A stretch of 64,000 nucleotides of DNA, from positions 16,002,770 to 16,066,769 of the forward strand of contig CM119271.1 in the NCBI GenBank assembly GCA_051294375.1. Direction: 5' to 3'. A model generated the notes under the pieces. That model saw only the letters and a program-made list of their open reading frames with translations. It did no database searches and was not told where the DNA came from. A program made the position numbers and the translations under genes. Positions 13,557-26,071 of the stretch are shown one piece after another. Each line of letters opens with the position of its first letter. The stretch's first letter is position 1. This DNA comes from Paraspadella gotoi (lineage: Eukaryota > Animalia > Chaetognatha).

Positions 13557-13592
13557 CATACGAAGCCGAAAGAGTAGAATTATTTGGGACTA

Positions 13593-13672
13593 ATGAAAAG
13601 AAATCTTATAGGTTGAGGTTATATTACTAATATAACACTAATATAACCTCAACCTATCAGATTTCTTTTCAT
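13593..13672. repeat. 80-bp near-perfect palindrome (hairpin or MITE remnant)
   Basis: ATGAAAAGAAATCTTATAGGTTGAGGTTATATTA ... TAATATAACCTCAACCTATCAGATTTCTTTTCAT. Confidence 0.85.
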
Positions 13673-13990
13673 AAAAAAGAATTCATAATTTCGTTGTCAT
13701 TGTCTTAGATATCGTTTTAACCCAAGTTCGTTTTTATAAATACTTTTCGCGATATTTGCTTTTATTTTATTCTACTCCGAATAGATTATAACAAAATCGT
13801 TTGAATTAAAATGCAAAATCTTCAAAACCAAAACATTCTTAGTGAATTTCCAATACTCAACGAGTCTTCATTATCTCGCGAAACTCTTACGATTAATACT
13901 CATCACAGTCAAGTGAGAAAATACTTTCTCTCCTTCGGTAATTATTTATTTTCACGTATTATATTTTGACCCATTGCGCTCTTCTCAGAC

Positions 13991-15609
<1,619 letters not shown>

Positions 15610-16690
15610 CTCTGAAACAGGAATCGCTCAGATTGTGGCGAGTGTTTCGCTTTTATAAAAGCGATTCTTAAAAAAAAACTAAAAAAAACCTTATTGCGTT
15701 GCATCTTTGAGTTACTTCCTTACAACTAAGTCGCTGCTATTGTGACAACGCCCTTGAGAAGACTTTGAGTGTTGAGTATTTAATGTTATCATTTTATTAC
15801 TTCCTTAAAATCGGACTATGACAACAATGACAACCTCTTTTATCTCGTGAAATATCATTGTCATTAGTCAACTATTGGGAGAATCACATTTTTACTCAAA
15901 TGTCCGAGAAAAGTCTTTTAGTATTTTATGTCCCGACATTCCGTATCTTTTAAAAGCATACATACATGTACATTGTACATGTACATGTCGTCAGATGCGG
16001 CTCAGTGATCTCGCACGTCCCTCGTCCCTTGTTTTCATTTTATTCTGATCTCGAATGACAATTAGATTCTCACATTTGTCTTCGTAAATCAAGTCGGATT
16101 TCGAATTGGTTCATTTCGAATCATTATTTATAAAATCATTATATTCCTCGTAATTGAGATATTTCTTAACATTGATTGACTCTCGAAACGTGTATTTTAG
16201 ACGGCGCTCTTTGCTCGCACCATGAATTTTTGTTTATGGAAAATAGATTTATTGTAGTATTTTATAGAAACTACATATAACTTTCGTCAGCCGCTGTCTA
16301 AACCACGGCCCGAAGTTAGGGAATCGTAACCAGCACTTATTTATTTCGTATGTAATTAATTAATGCAGAATTTTAGAAAAGAAAACATATTAGTTAATTT
16401 ATTACAAAGCGGGTTTTAGTTTTTAGTGTAGTAGAGAATCTGACGAAACGAAGTTTTTTGTGCCACCATCAAAACAGATTGACTCGGATTAAAAAATGTG
16501 GAAACCCTGTATTTCAATGTTTGTCATGGTTTTAATCGAGTTTTGCGGTTGTGTTCCTCGTGCTTTAATCTGTTTCAATCTGTCCTGTATTTTTTTTTTT
16601 TTAATTTCGACGATCTCATTTAAAATTATTATTATTATTACTCCACTTATTTACCATTTACATGACCAAATTAGACTTGAACCTAGAGTG

Positions 16691-19219
16691 ATGGCTCTGC
16701 TTCCTTTAACAACGCGTCTCTTCGCGTTGCGATGCGCGGGTGGATCGAGTCGACGCGATATTTTGACGACGATGAGATCCAAGGACGCGTTAACTATCAG
16801 GATACTAACTGAAGTGAAACGATCTCTATCGACTCTCCGGACTCCGACCCTTTGTTCAGAAACAAACATTCAATTCGATAACAGACCGTGTCAATTAAAA
16901 AACTCGCAAAGTATTGAGGTACAATCAGAGATGAAACGAACTCTATCGACTCTAAGGAGGCAGCCGCTTCTCCCATCAACGAACGTCCTGTCAATAGTAC
17001 AAACTCGTCTTGGCTCCCGTTTTTCCTTACGTCGTAATCCCAAAACCGAAAAAAAAAATGTCAAATTCCTCGGCACCGGAAATAAGAAAAAACCGCGAAT
17101 GTCTGTTATGACTGAAAGCGAGGACCCGGAAATCCAGGACGAAGCGTCGGCCGAAGCTCGAACCCGACTCGTCTTGGACGCCGCGCTGACTGACGCCGAT
17201 TCTGGTGCCTCTTTTGGGACTCTCGCCGACGACGATGTCGTGGCGCTGACGCCGATCGTCTCGCGACTCCTCGCCGCCGTCAACGATCAGGAAGAACTAG
17301 TTCAATTCTTGAGGGAAAAGCAGAATGCCCGCGTGAAGGTGAGTTAAGCGTTATGTAGTCCCTTAATCTCATTTACATATTGTCGTGTTTGATCAGATAA
17401 TATTAAAATTTTATTGCGTTACTTAAAAGTTTTTAAAATTATTATCATCTTTTTTAATATATAGTTTTCCCAAAATAATTAGGATATCCCCGTTCTTTTT
17501 TAAGAAGGCGTCTTGAGGGCGAGACCAAAACCTAATTCCATTCTCAATCGGACTCAATTCTCACTTCCCAGCGCCTCCTCGAGTTTCCCCTCGACGGCGT
17601 CCTCGGCGTCGTCGACCTTCTCCTCGCCGCCGGCCTTCGCGGCGCCGCGCTCCTCAGCGTCCTCGGCCACGACCACTTCCGCGCCCTATCTCGCGGCGCC
17701 GGGAGGATCGCCGGGAATTTGGAGGGTCTGCGGCAGAGAAGCTGGTTAGGGGAAGATTTGGCCAAGTTGGTGAAGACGCAACCCCAAGTCCTCGTTGATT
17801 TTGAAGCTGGAGATTGGGACGCCAGGTGATTAAAGAGGATTTGGTCGAATTGTGATTTGGGTGATTTTAACGCCACGCGATTAGGGCACCTGGTGATCTG
17901 CTGATTAGAGCTAGTTATAGGGACGACGGATGATCAGGTGATTTGCCAAATATATACTCTTGAACTTTGGCTACAATGCACAATACATTAGAATCGATTA
18001 ATATTGAATCAGGCAAGAATGGTTCGCCTACAACTTCGCCGCTCGTCACTTCAATCTGTTGTTGCCGACTCAACCGAGAATCTTCTACGATCCGTTGGAG
18101 GAAATCATAGAGAAGTTCAAGTGAGTTTTACTATTTTTGTTTTTTAACCCATTGACCTTAGCAGAGTAATTTGTGGTTCATTTCAAATGAGATTGAGTTC
18201 TTCAATCTCATTTACATATTGTAGCAGTTCGGATCACTTCTCATATCTCTGGTTGCGGTTTTATATATAAATAAATACATAAATACATATTTAACTAATT
18301 TAGCAATACTTTTAATAGTGTTTAATAATAATATTTCAGTTTTATTATTCATTTCATTAATCAAATTAGAGGAAATCATGGAAAACTTAAAGTAGGTTTT
18401 ACCATATTTGTTTTATCCATATTTGTTTTAAACGTTAAAAAAAAAAGACTCATTACGGAGTCTTTATTCAGGTTTAGACCGAAGCTAAGTGCAAGTTGGG
18501 TTCTTTAATTAGTCTTGAAGTGATTGTTAAAGGGGCGATTTTAGATCCGGTTGGAAGATCTTAAAATCTGCATCAGTTTTTTTTCCTTTGTCGCGTTGAC
18601 TGATTCAGATTCAAATAGATAAAAAAAATTATATTACCTTTATAAACGTATTTCTCGCTTTATTATATTCCATTTAACAAAATGGTATTGTTACTATATT
18701 AAAATATATTTAATAATTAGTAGTATGACAAATTTCCTATTTTGTGACTTTTCAGCTACGTTTTCTTCAACATGGGCTTGGATCAAAAGCAAATGCTAGA
18801 ATGTTATCTCTTCAACCACTCTGCGTTTCGCATCAAGTCTCGACACGAGTTTCTCAAACGGTAATTGTTTGACGTTTAATATTATAATTATTTAAATTAT
18901 GTTAATGTTAAATCATGTCGTCCTCTCCAGCTGCGGCGTGTACCGATTCCCCGACCCGCGCCGTCGCGTCCTCAACACGAATCCTCACCTTTCGAAAATC
19001 CTCGATTCTGCCGACTGGAAGTTCGTCTCCCTCGTTCCCGGCGCCGACGTCAAGGACTTTATGATTTTCCGGAAAATCGTCCAGGCGGAGGAGGACGACG
19101 AGGTGGAGGAGGAAGAGGAAGAAGAAGACGGAGAAGAAGACGGAGAAGAGCCAAAGAAGGATTGGAGGAGAAGACGAGGAAAGGGATTCTTTTTGCCGAG
19201 GATGAAAAGACGAGGCTGA
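16691..19219 (+). CDS. MTERF4: Mitochondrial transcription termination factor family member 4
   Basis: Arg-rich presequence-like N-terminus, then EKFNYVFFNMG...IKSRHEFLKRCGVYRFPD...NPHLSKILDSADWKF...DFMIFRK and an acidic tail, matching the MTERF4 C-terminus. Confidence 0.88.
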
Positions 19220-19373
19220 GGAGGAGATTTTTCTCATTTCGCGGGAAAACTTATTTTTGTTGTGTTTTGTGATTTTTTTTGTTTACTCGTTACGTTTTTT
19301 TTTTCTAGTGACAGTGATATTGTGACACTGGTAATTTAGTTAATTGCTAGTAGTCTTTCTTTGGGTGGAAACT

Positions 19374-22301
19374 ATGGACTCGATACGCGACGCCGCGGTC
19401 CGCCTCACTGCCACGTTACGCCTTACCCCAGCGCCGCGACTTTCCCCTTCGCCGCGCCTTTCTGCGGCACCCCCACAAACCCCAGCGCCGATCCGTGCTT
19501 TTTCCTCGAAATTTGACTTCAAATCTGTGAGCGAATTGAGCCAAATCTTGAAACAGGTTATTGGGGAAGGCAATACGAAACAATCATCGTATTTAACCCT
19601 CTATTATATAAAAAGTTGGGAGGCAAGTTTAGGGGGCGAATCCTGCGTCCAGTTAATAAACACGACTTGAATGAAAGCTTTCCGGGTCCTGCTATGTTAT
19701 TATCTTGCGGACGTGGAGGATATGACGCTGTGAACCCACCATATCCTCTCCTTAATCAATAGGCATTGAATGAATGAAAGCTTGAGGGGTATTGAAGGCG
19801 TGAAGAAGTAGAGGGAAAATCGTATATTTCGCGAAGAGTTGAAACGAGAGAATGTATCGCTAGACAAAATATACTGAGGGGCAGGAGGAGGAGGAAAGAA
19901 GAGGAAGAGGAGAATGGAACGGCAAGCTAATTCCTCCTCTGGAAAGAATGGATAATTTAAATATTAACTCTACCAGGATGACGAAGCGTCTTCGTCTATG
20001 AAGCTTGAAGTTCTTCGAGTGGAGAAAGACTTTCGTCAATACATGGGAGAACCCGTCCCGGAAGTGGTCACGCCCGAGATGTGGAAAGAATTGGCCAACA
20101 CGCCCTCCGATAGGTTACGTTACGTTTCATATGTTTCATACCATTTCATTTGTAGTTTAAAATGGTTTAAAAATTCAGTATTAACTTTTATATTATTGTA
20201 AGAAGTTAATTTTGAGCCCAAATTGACTTCTATCAGTGAACGGCGCGCCCTCTGGTACCGCTTCGCCAATCGCGACGCGTTACGCCGCCTCAACTCTGCC
20301 GAGAAGCTACGCCACTCGATCCACGTTCAAGAATGGCGTCGCGAATTGATGCGGCGCCATCAGGCGGAGAACGCGGAGTCGGGTCTGGCGCCGCGGGAAG
20401 GGTTCAGCTCCGTGGGACCCATCCTTAGCAGACTCTTCTCTCGGATCGACGAGAAGATCGTCAAGGAGACTCACCTTCAGAGATCCGCTCATTTCGCCGC
20501 TCTTTTCGGACAACCGCTTCTCTTTGATTTTGGCGTGGAGGGGGCGGAGATGGTGAGGTGGGGGGAGAAGGGTGGATTGGGGTGGGGGAAAAGTAGGGGG
20601 TTATGGAGACCTGTGGTTAGAGAAATGTTGATGAGATGTTGAGTTCAGACCCATTTGTGTACAGAGAATATTGTTGTAGACTGAGGGGCGAGGCCGTCAT
20701 TGCAAGATGTTCACTATCTTTGCAGAAGCGGACCGTTGATGACGGCCAATTTATTTTCCTTTTTTCAGAACAATAAATTAGTTCGAGACATGAAGGCAAT
20801 TTACAAAAGGAACCTGATCCACTGGGAGCCTTTCGACATTCATCTCTGCGGAATCGATGGCGAAGAGAAGGTCTTTTTTTTTAAACTTAGGAAAGATAAA
20901 CTTAGACCAAATTAATTTTAATTATGAGTATTAAGCGTAAGCTTTAAGACATAATTTTGATTTCCTCAAATTTCTTATTAAAAAGTAAAATAAACCGTAT
21001 ATTAACAACACATAATTAAATAATTAGCTTGTTTAATAAAAAAAATGAATATTTTTTCATATTTTCTAATTAATAGGCCTTGTGACAAAAAAAAAGACTT
21101 TCCCTTCCTCGAGTTCGAAGAAAATCCTCCTCACGATCCCCGATTAAACCGCCTCTCCGCCGCCCCGCCGCCCCCCAAATTCTGGTCCACCTCGGCCTCC
21201 GCCTCCGACTCAAGCTTCCTCGATCTTTTCCCCAAAGAGAAGATGGTTTATTTGAGTCCGGAGTCTCCCGTCGTCCTCGATCGTTACGCGCACGACGACG
21301 TTTACGTCATTTGGTGAGACTTTTTTTTTTATTTATAATTTTTATTACATTATTATTTATCGAATTGAATTTCGCTCCCGGATGACGCGTTGTTCAATTT
21401 TTATATCATTTTGTTTAAATAAAGTTTGGTTTTTAAAATATTTAGATGAAAGACAGATAGTGTTATATGAACCAATATCTCTTGTTTTCTTTTGCATAAT
21501 AAAAAACACTTTACCGTCTAACCCAATTTGATTTTTTAAGTATTCTCACTCTCTCTCTCCCTCTCTCCCTCTCTTTTGTTTCCCCCCCAAGCGCCGTCTC
21601 CGATCCTTCGCACCGCGAGCGCTGCGCCGGCATCTCCCGCGCCAAGTCCCTCGGCCTCCGCACGGCGAGGTTTAACGTCGAACCTTATTTCTTCAAGCGG
21701 AAAAAAGCGAACTTTTCGGTGGTGGATGTGTTCGAGGCGCTGGTCGACGCCAGGGATACGGGTGAATTATGAAATGGGATTATGAAGTGTATAATTATAT
21801 AAATAAATATGATTATTTATAGACGGAAATTGGCCTTACTCCTTCCGACGTCTCCCGCGAACCGAGCGCGTGGAATGGCGCGTGGCGGACATGAGACATT
21901 ACGACTTTGAACGGAACCAATTTCGACATCGTTACAAGGGCGGGACGGATGGAAGACCCAACGAAAGACGCGACCGAAAAGTGGACAGATCCCCGAACGG
22001 ATGGACGGACTCGCGGCTAATTAAGAAAGACGAGTCGGCTTTCGAGAATCGAAGGTCGATCTCAAAACCCAAGTGGATCGTCGACTTGGGTCGCCTTCGG
22101 AGGAGGAGGAGCCCGAAACCCGAGTTGGAGAAGAAAGTGGAACCGGAAGTTGGTCCACGACAGCAACTTGGCGATTCTTTTAAAAGCGGTCATTTTATAA
22201 ATGACCAACTGGATCATTCCGTTGAAAAAGACGATGAACAGATAAACATTTGGGTTAAAGATGACGATCGAGATGTAAGAGATGATACGAGACAGTTGTG
22301 A
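19374..22301 (+). CDS. TRMT10C: Mitochondrial RNase P protein 1 / tRNA m1R9 methyltransferase-like
   Basis: Presequence, then GEPVPE...MWKEL, ALFGQPLLFDF, EPFDIHLC, DLFPKEKMVYLSPESP, HDDVYVI, SRAKSLGLRTARF and GNW. One acceptor (GAG at 21113) and the C-terminus are uncertain. Confidence 0.82.
19681..19770 (+). mobile_element. Short 5'-truncated retroposon insertion with 13-bp TSD in TRMT10C intron 1
   Basis: Direct repeat TGAATGAAAGCTT at 19668-19680 and 19771-19783. Internal hairpin GAGGATATG...CATATCCTC and a TGAA-type tail. Confidence 0.6.
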
Positions 22302-22421
22302 TTCTGGTAAATTGGATCTTGGCCTAGATAACATTACGGATGCCTTCGTGGAAAACGTAGACGAACCCGACTTCGGCGTCGGAATCAATGAAGACGAAAA
22401 AGATGAAGTTGAACTCGACGT

Positions 22422-22552
22422 TTTGATTGGAAATGGGGACGAACCAAATCTTTTGATTGGAAATGAGGACGAACCAAATCTTTTGATTGGAAATGGGGAC
22501 GAACCAAATCTTTTGATTGGAAATGGGGACGAACCAAATCTTTTGATTGGAA
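22422..22552 (+). repeat. 30-bp tandem repeat, 4 copies (reads LIGNGDEPNL)
   Basis: TTTTGATTGGAAATGGGGACGAACCAAATC repeated. Confidence 0.92.
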
Positions 22553-23591
22553 AAGACTATGATGTCCGCCTCGGTCGGGGTTGAGCCGGATCGTCCTGGG
22601 ACATTAACGACAACAACAACGATGACGAAAACAACAATTAAGACGACGACGACTAATTAAATTTGCCCCGTCATTTCCCTTTCGATTTCCAGTTTTTAAA
22701 CTTTTTTTTTCTTCCTTGGATTTTTTTAGACGACAAAAACCCCCCGAGTCTCTTCGTCTCCTTATCTGATTTAAAATCTTTTTTTTTTTTTTTTTCTTTT
22801 TTTTTTTTTGTTGTTGCCCCCTCGTTGATCCCGGATCTCGATGTTCGAAAGTCGATCACTCTCTCTCTCTCTCTCTCTCTCCCCCTCAATCATTTTTTTT
22901 ATCGCAGGGAAAAAAATAAAATAAAAAAAAGGAAGAAGACGGACAAATACTTTCTCTTTTAATCTTTTTCTCATGGAATCGAAGTGACAAAAAAATGTTT
23001 AAAATCCTCGAATCGAAGTCGAAACCGGAACTAGGGATCGACGAAACCGGATGGGATTTGACTCCGACGCGTCGACCCCTAGGGATCCGCGGTTGAAGAG
23101 GGAGAGAGAGAGAGAGAGAGAGAGGGGAGAAGGAAACGGAAGAGATTTTTTGGGACGGAGAACCGAAAGGTTTGGGAGGAAAAGAGAGAGAGAGAGCGAG
23201 CGAGCTTTGTGTGATATTCTTTTTCAACGATTTTATTCCTCTTTTTTTTCTTGGAATAAAAAAGGATCGAGTTTGAAAAAACAAGACTAGATTCTCGTCG
23301 CGATTATTTTTTTTTATTTTTCGCGACGAATGTAACAACAACAACGACGACGACTTCGGCCTCCCGGATGATTATTATTATTATTTCCCTCAAAAATTGG
23401 ATTTTATTCTGGCGACGATCGATTTCACGACATCGTTGAAAACAACGAAACGAAAAAGATCGAAAGACGAAAATCGATTTAAAAAGAAGAGATTCGCCCT
23501 TCGTCTCTCTTCCGGTTTCGCCCTTCTGCGTCTCTCTTCCGGTTTCGCCGCTCCAGCACGCTCCCTCTGCTCTGCCCTTCCGCCCCTTTGC

Positions 23592-26028
23592 ATGATTCCC
23601 TTTACGACATGTCTCTGCGCCGGAGGAAGAAGATCTCAAGATTCAAGCGTCGATGGAGAAGAGACGACGACCACAGCCGCTCCAAACGATGTCGGTGAGT
23701 ATGGAGTGTGGACTGTGGAGTGCACACTGCACATCCGCTCTTTCGCTAGAGTGAGAGAGAGTTAAAGAGACAGAGAAGGTGACGGACACGTTCAAGTCTT
23801 TGATACGAACGCCGGTACCTACGAGATCGTACAGATCGGCGGAAAAAATAAGAAACTGGCCAAACAAGGCATTCCCCTCTGGGGGTCACCTCTGTCACCT
23901 CAGGGAAAATATCCTTCTGTGCGCACCGGCTTGAGCCTCGCCCCCGAGACCTTTCACGCTTAACGCGTTTTGTATTTTATAAATATATAATAAAAAAATA
24001 TATATATATAAATGTATATATAAAGATATAATGTAAATATGTGGATAAGGCGCTACGTGGGCTGAAGATGATTGTCCGTAACTTCTATAACCACCTCTAG
24101 CAGCCATGGAACGGGTCCCTGGGCTTGGAACCAGGCTTGAGGGTTTGCCATGCCCCCAAGGCGGCTTACGGCCATCCTCACGCTTCCCGCAGGGTAGGTA
24201 CCGGGTTGGGATTGAACCCGGTACCTAGTGGTCATGAGCTGATGGCTTTACTCAATGAGCCACCGGGTCACAACTGAAAGTGTCATGATTCTAGGCGGGG
24301 TGAACCTAGGCAATGCCCGACTACAAATATATCAAATACGACCTTTAAATTGATATATAACAGTTTATCAAGTGACGAAAGCGAGTTTGATGCGTCTGTT
24401 TCTTCTTTCCGTCGTTTGAAATAAACCAGATATAAATCTCACTCACATCGATCAGTTTTTTTTATCGAAGCGAAATCGAGTCGACGAATATAACTCAATT
24501 TACTTAAAAGAATTAAACAATTTAAATCGTAGGGATGACATCGACCGGCGGCGGTTGGATCGTCGTTACTACCTCGGGACATCTCGTTGCTACCTCAGGT
24601 CAAAACAAAATTAACTAGTGGTAACTTGAAATCTTTAGTCAAATTATTTTATAAGAGATTACATGGGCATTTCCACAAGTGTTTATTCGCGATAACGCTT
24701 CAGTTTGTTTTTGACAATGACGTTCAAAGTATTGTTACGAAATAGTTTTATGATTTTAAGTTAACCATGTCTTTATTATAATCTTCGTTAACAACTATAA
24801 GATTTAATTCAGGTGGACGACAAGAGACGAGATGGGGTCGTTCGATCTCGTCCGAGATTCGGAGAGACGATTCCTCCAGGTCTGCATTTTAAAATGATAA
24901 TTGTATAATATTAAATCATAATCATAATCATCCACGAAAGAAAAAAAAACAATTAAATAGAGTAAGTCCATAAAATTAGTGGAATTTATCAATCAGATCG
25001 TCGAAAGAGAATTCTGCGGAAAGGAAAGAGACTCGATCAGAATCGGAGACTCAACCGAGAAAATCTCTCAACGGTCAGACTCTGAAGAGACGCGGCGCAT
25101 CCAGTCTCTTCTTCGCGAAACCTGACAAATCCTCTTTGTATCTAAGAAAATTCGGTGAGGCCAAGCTGCTTGGGGGAAGGGGTAGCTCAACTTATCCTTT
25201 GATTTCTCCCCCTCCCCCGTTGTTCAGGTTCCAAGCATGCATTTAACAATCAACAGCCCCTTTCCCATCAACCTCACCCGCCGCTGCCGCCTTCGTCCGG
25301 GGCGGATCTCGGAATTCCTAACCTTCATCATCATCTTCATCATCTGCATCCGTCGCCGACCTCCAACTGCCCTTCGAGTTCTTCCTCTTCAACCTCGCAG
25401 CAACATTTATCCCTCAGCAGGTGAATCGGAGAAAGCTGAAGAGCGGAAATTGTTGGTCAAAGTGAATTTCAATAATTCAACAGTGGGGGGGGGGAATGGA
25501 ACTCGTATGTCGTTGTCCTATATTAAAGGAGTATTATAAGTCGATATTTTTCAAATTAGTAAAAGTTTGGGAAAATCCTTTTAATGAATTTTTCTCTCCT
25601 TAGTTTTCGACAAAAGAAAACTTGGAGGCTTCGACAGGCAGCAAATCTCGATGATAGTTATCACGGTAACCAAATCTAGATATATGGCTTTCAAATTAAA
25701 ATTAACCCTTAAATATTGCCAATTTATCTGATATATTAAGATATTTTGTCACCTTTGAATTACGGTTAGTTTTCAACCGATTGAAAAGCTGATTTCATTA
25801 TTTCATCTCCCACCAAAACCTCTCTACGACTTCTCCACAACTTCTCTTTCCCCACCCACAACCACTCAGGTCAAACTGAACAACTTCTCGCGACAAAGGA
25901 TCGTTGGAGTTTCAACGTTTTCGCTCTCAACAAATCCACCAACGGAAAAGCCTTATCCCATTTGTGCCTCAACATTTTCCGCGAATACGACCTCCTCCGG
26001 GCCTTCGATCTCGATCTTTTTAGGTGTT

Positions 26029-26071
<43 letters not shown>

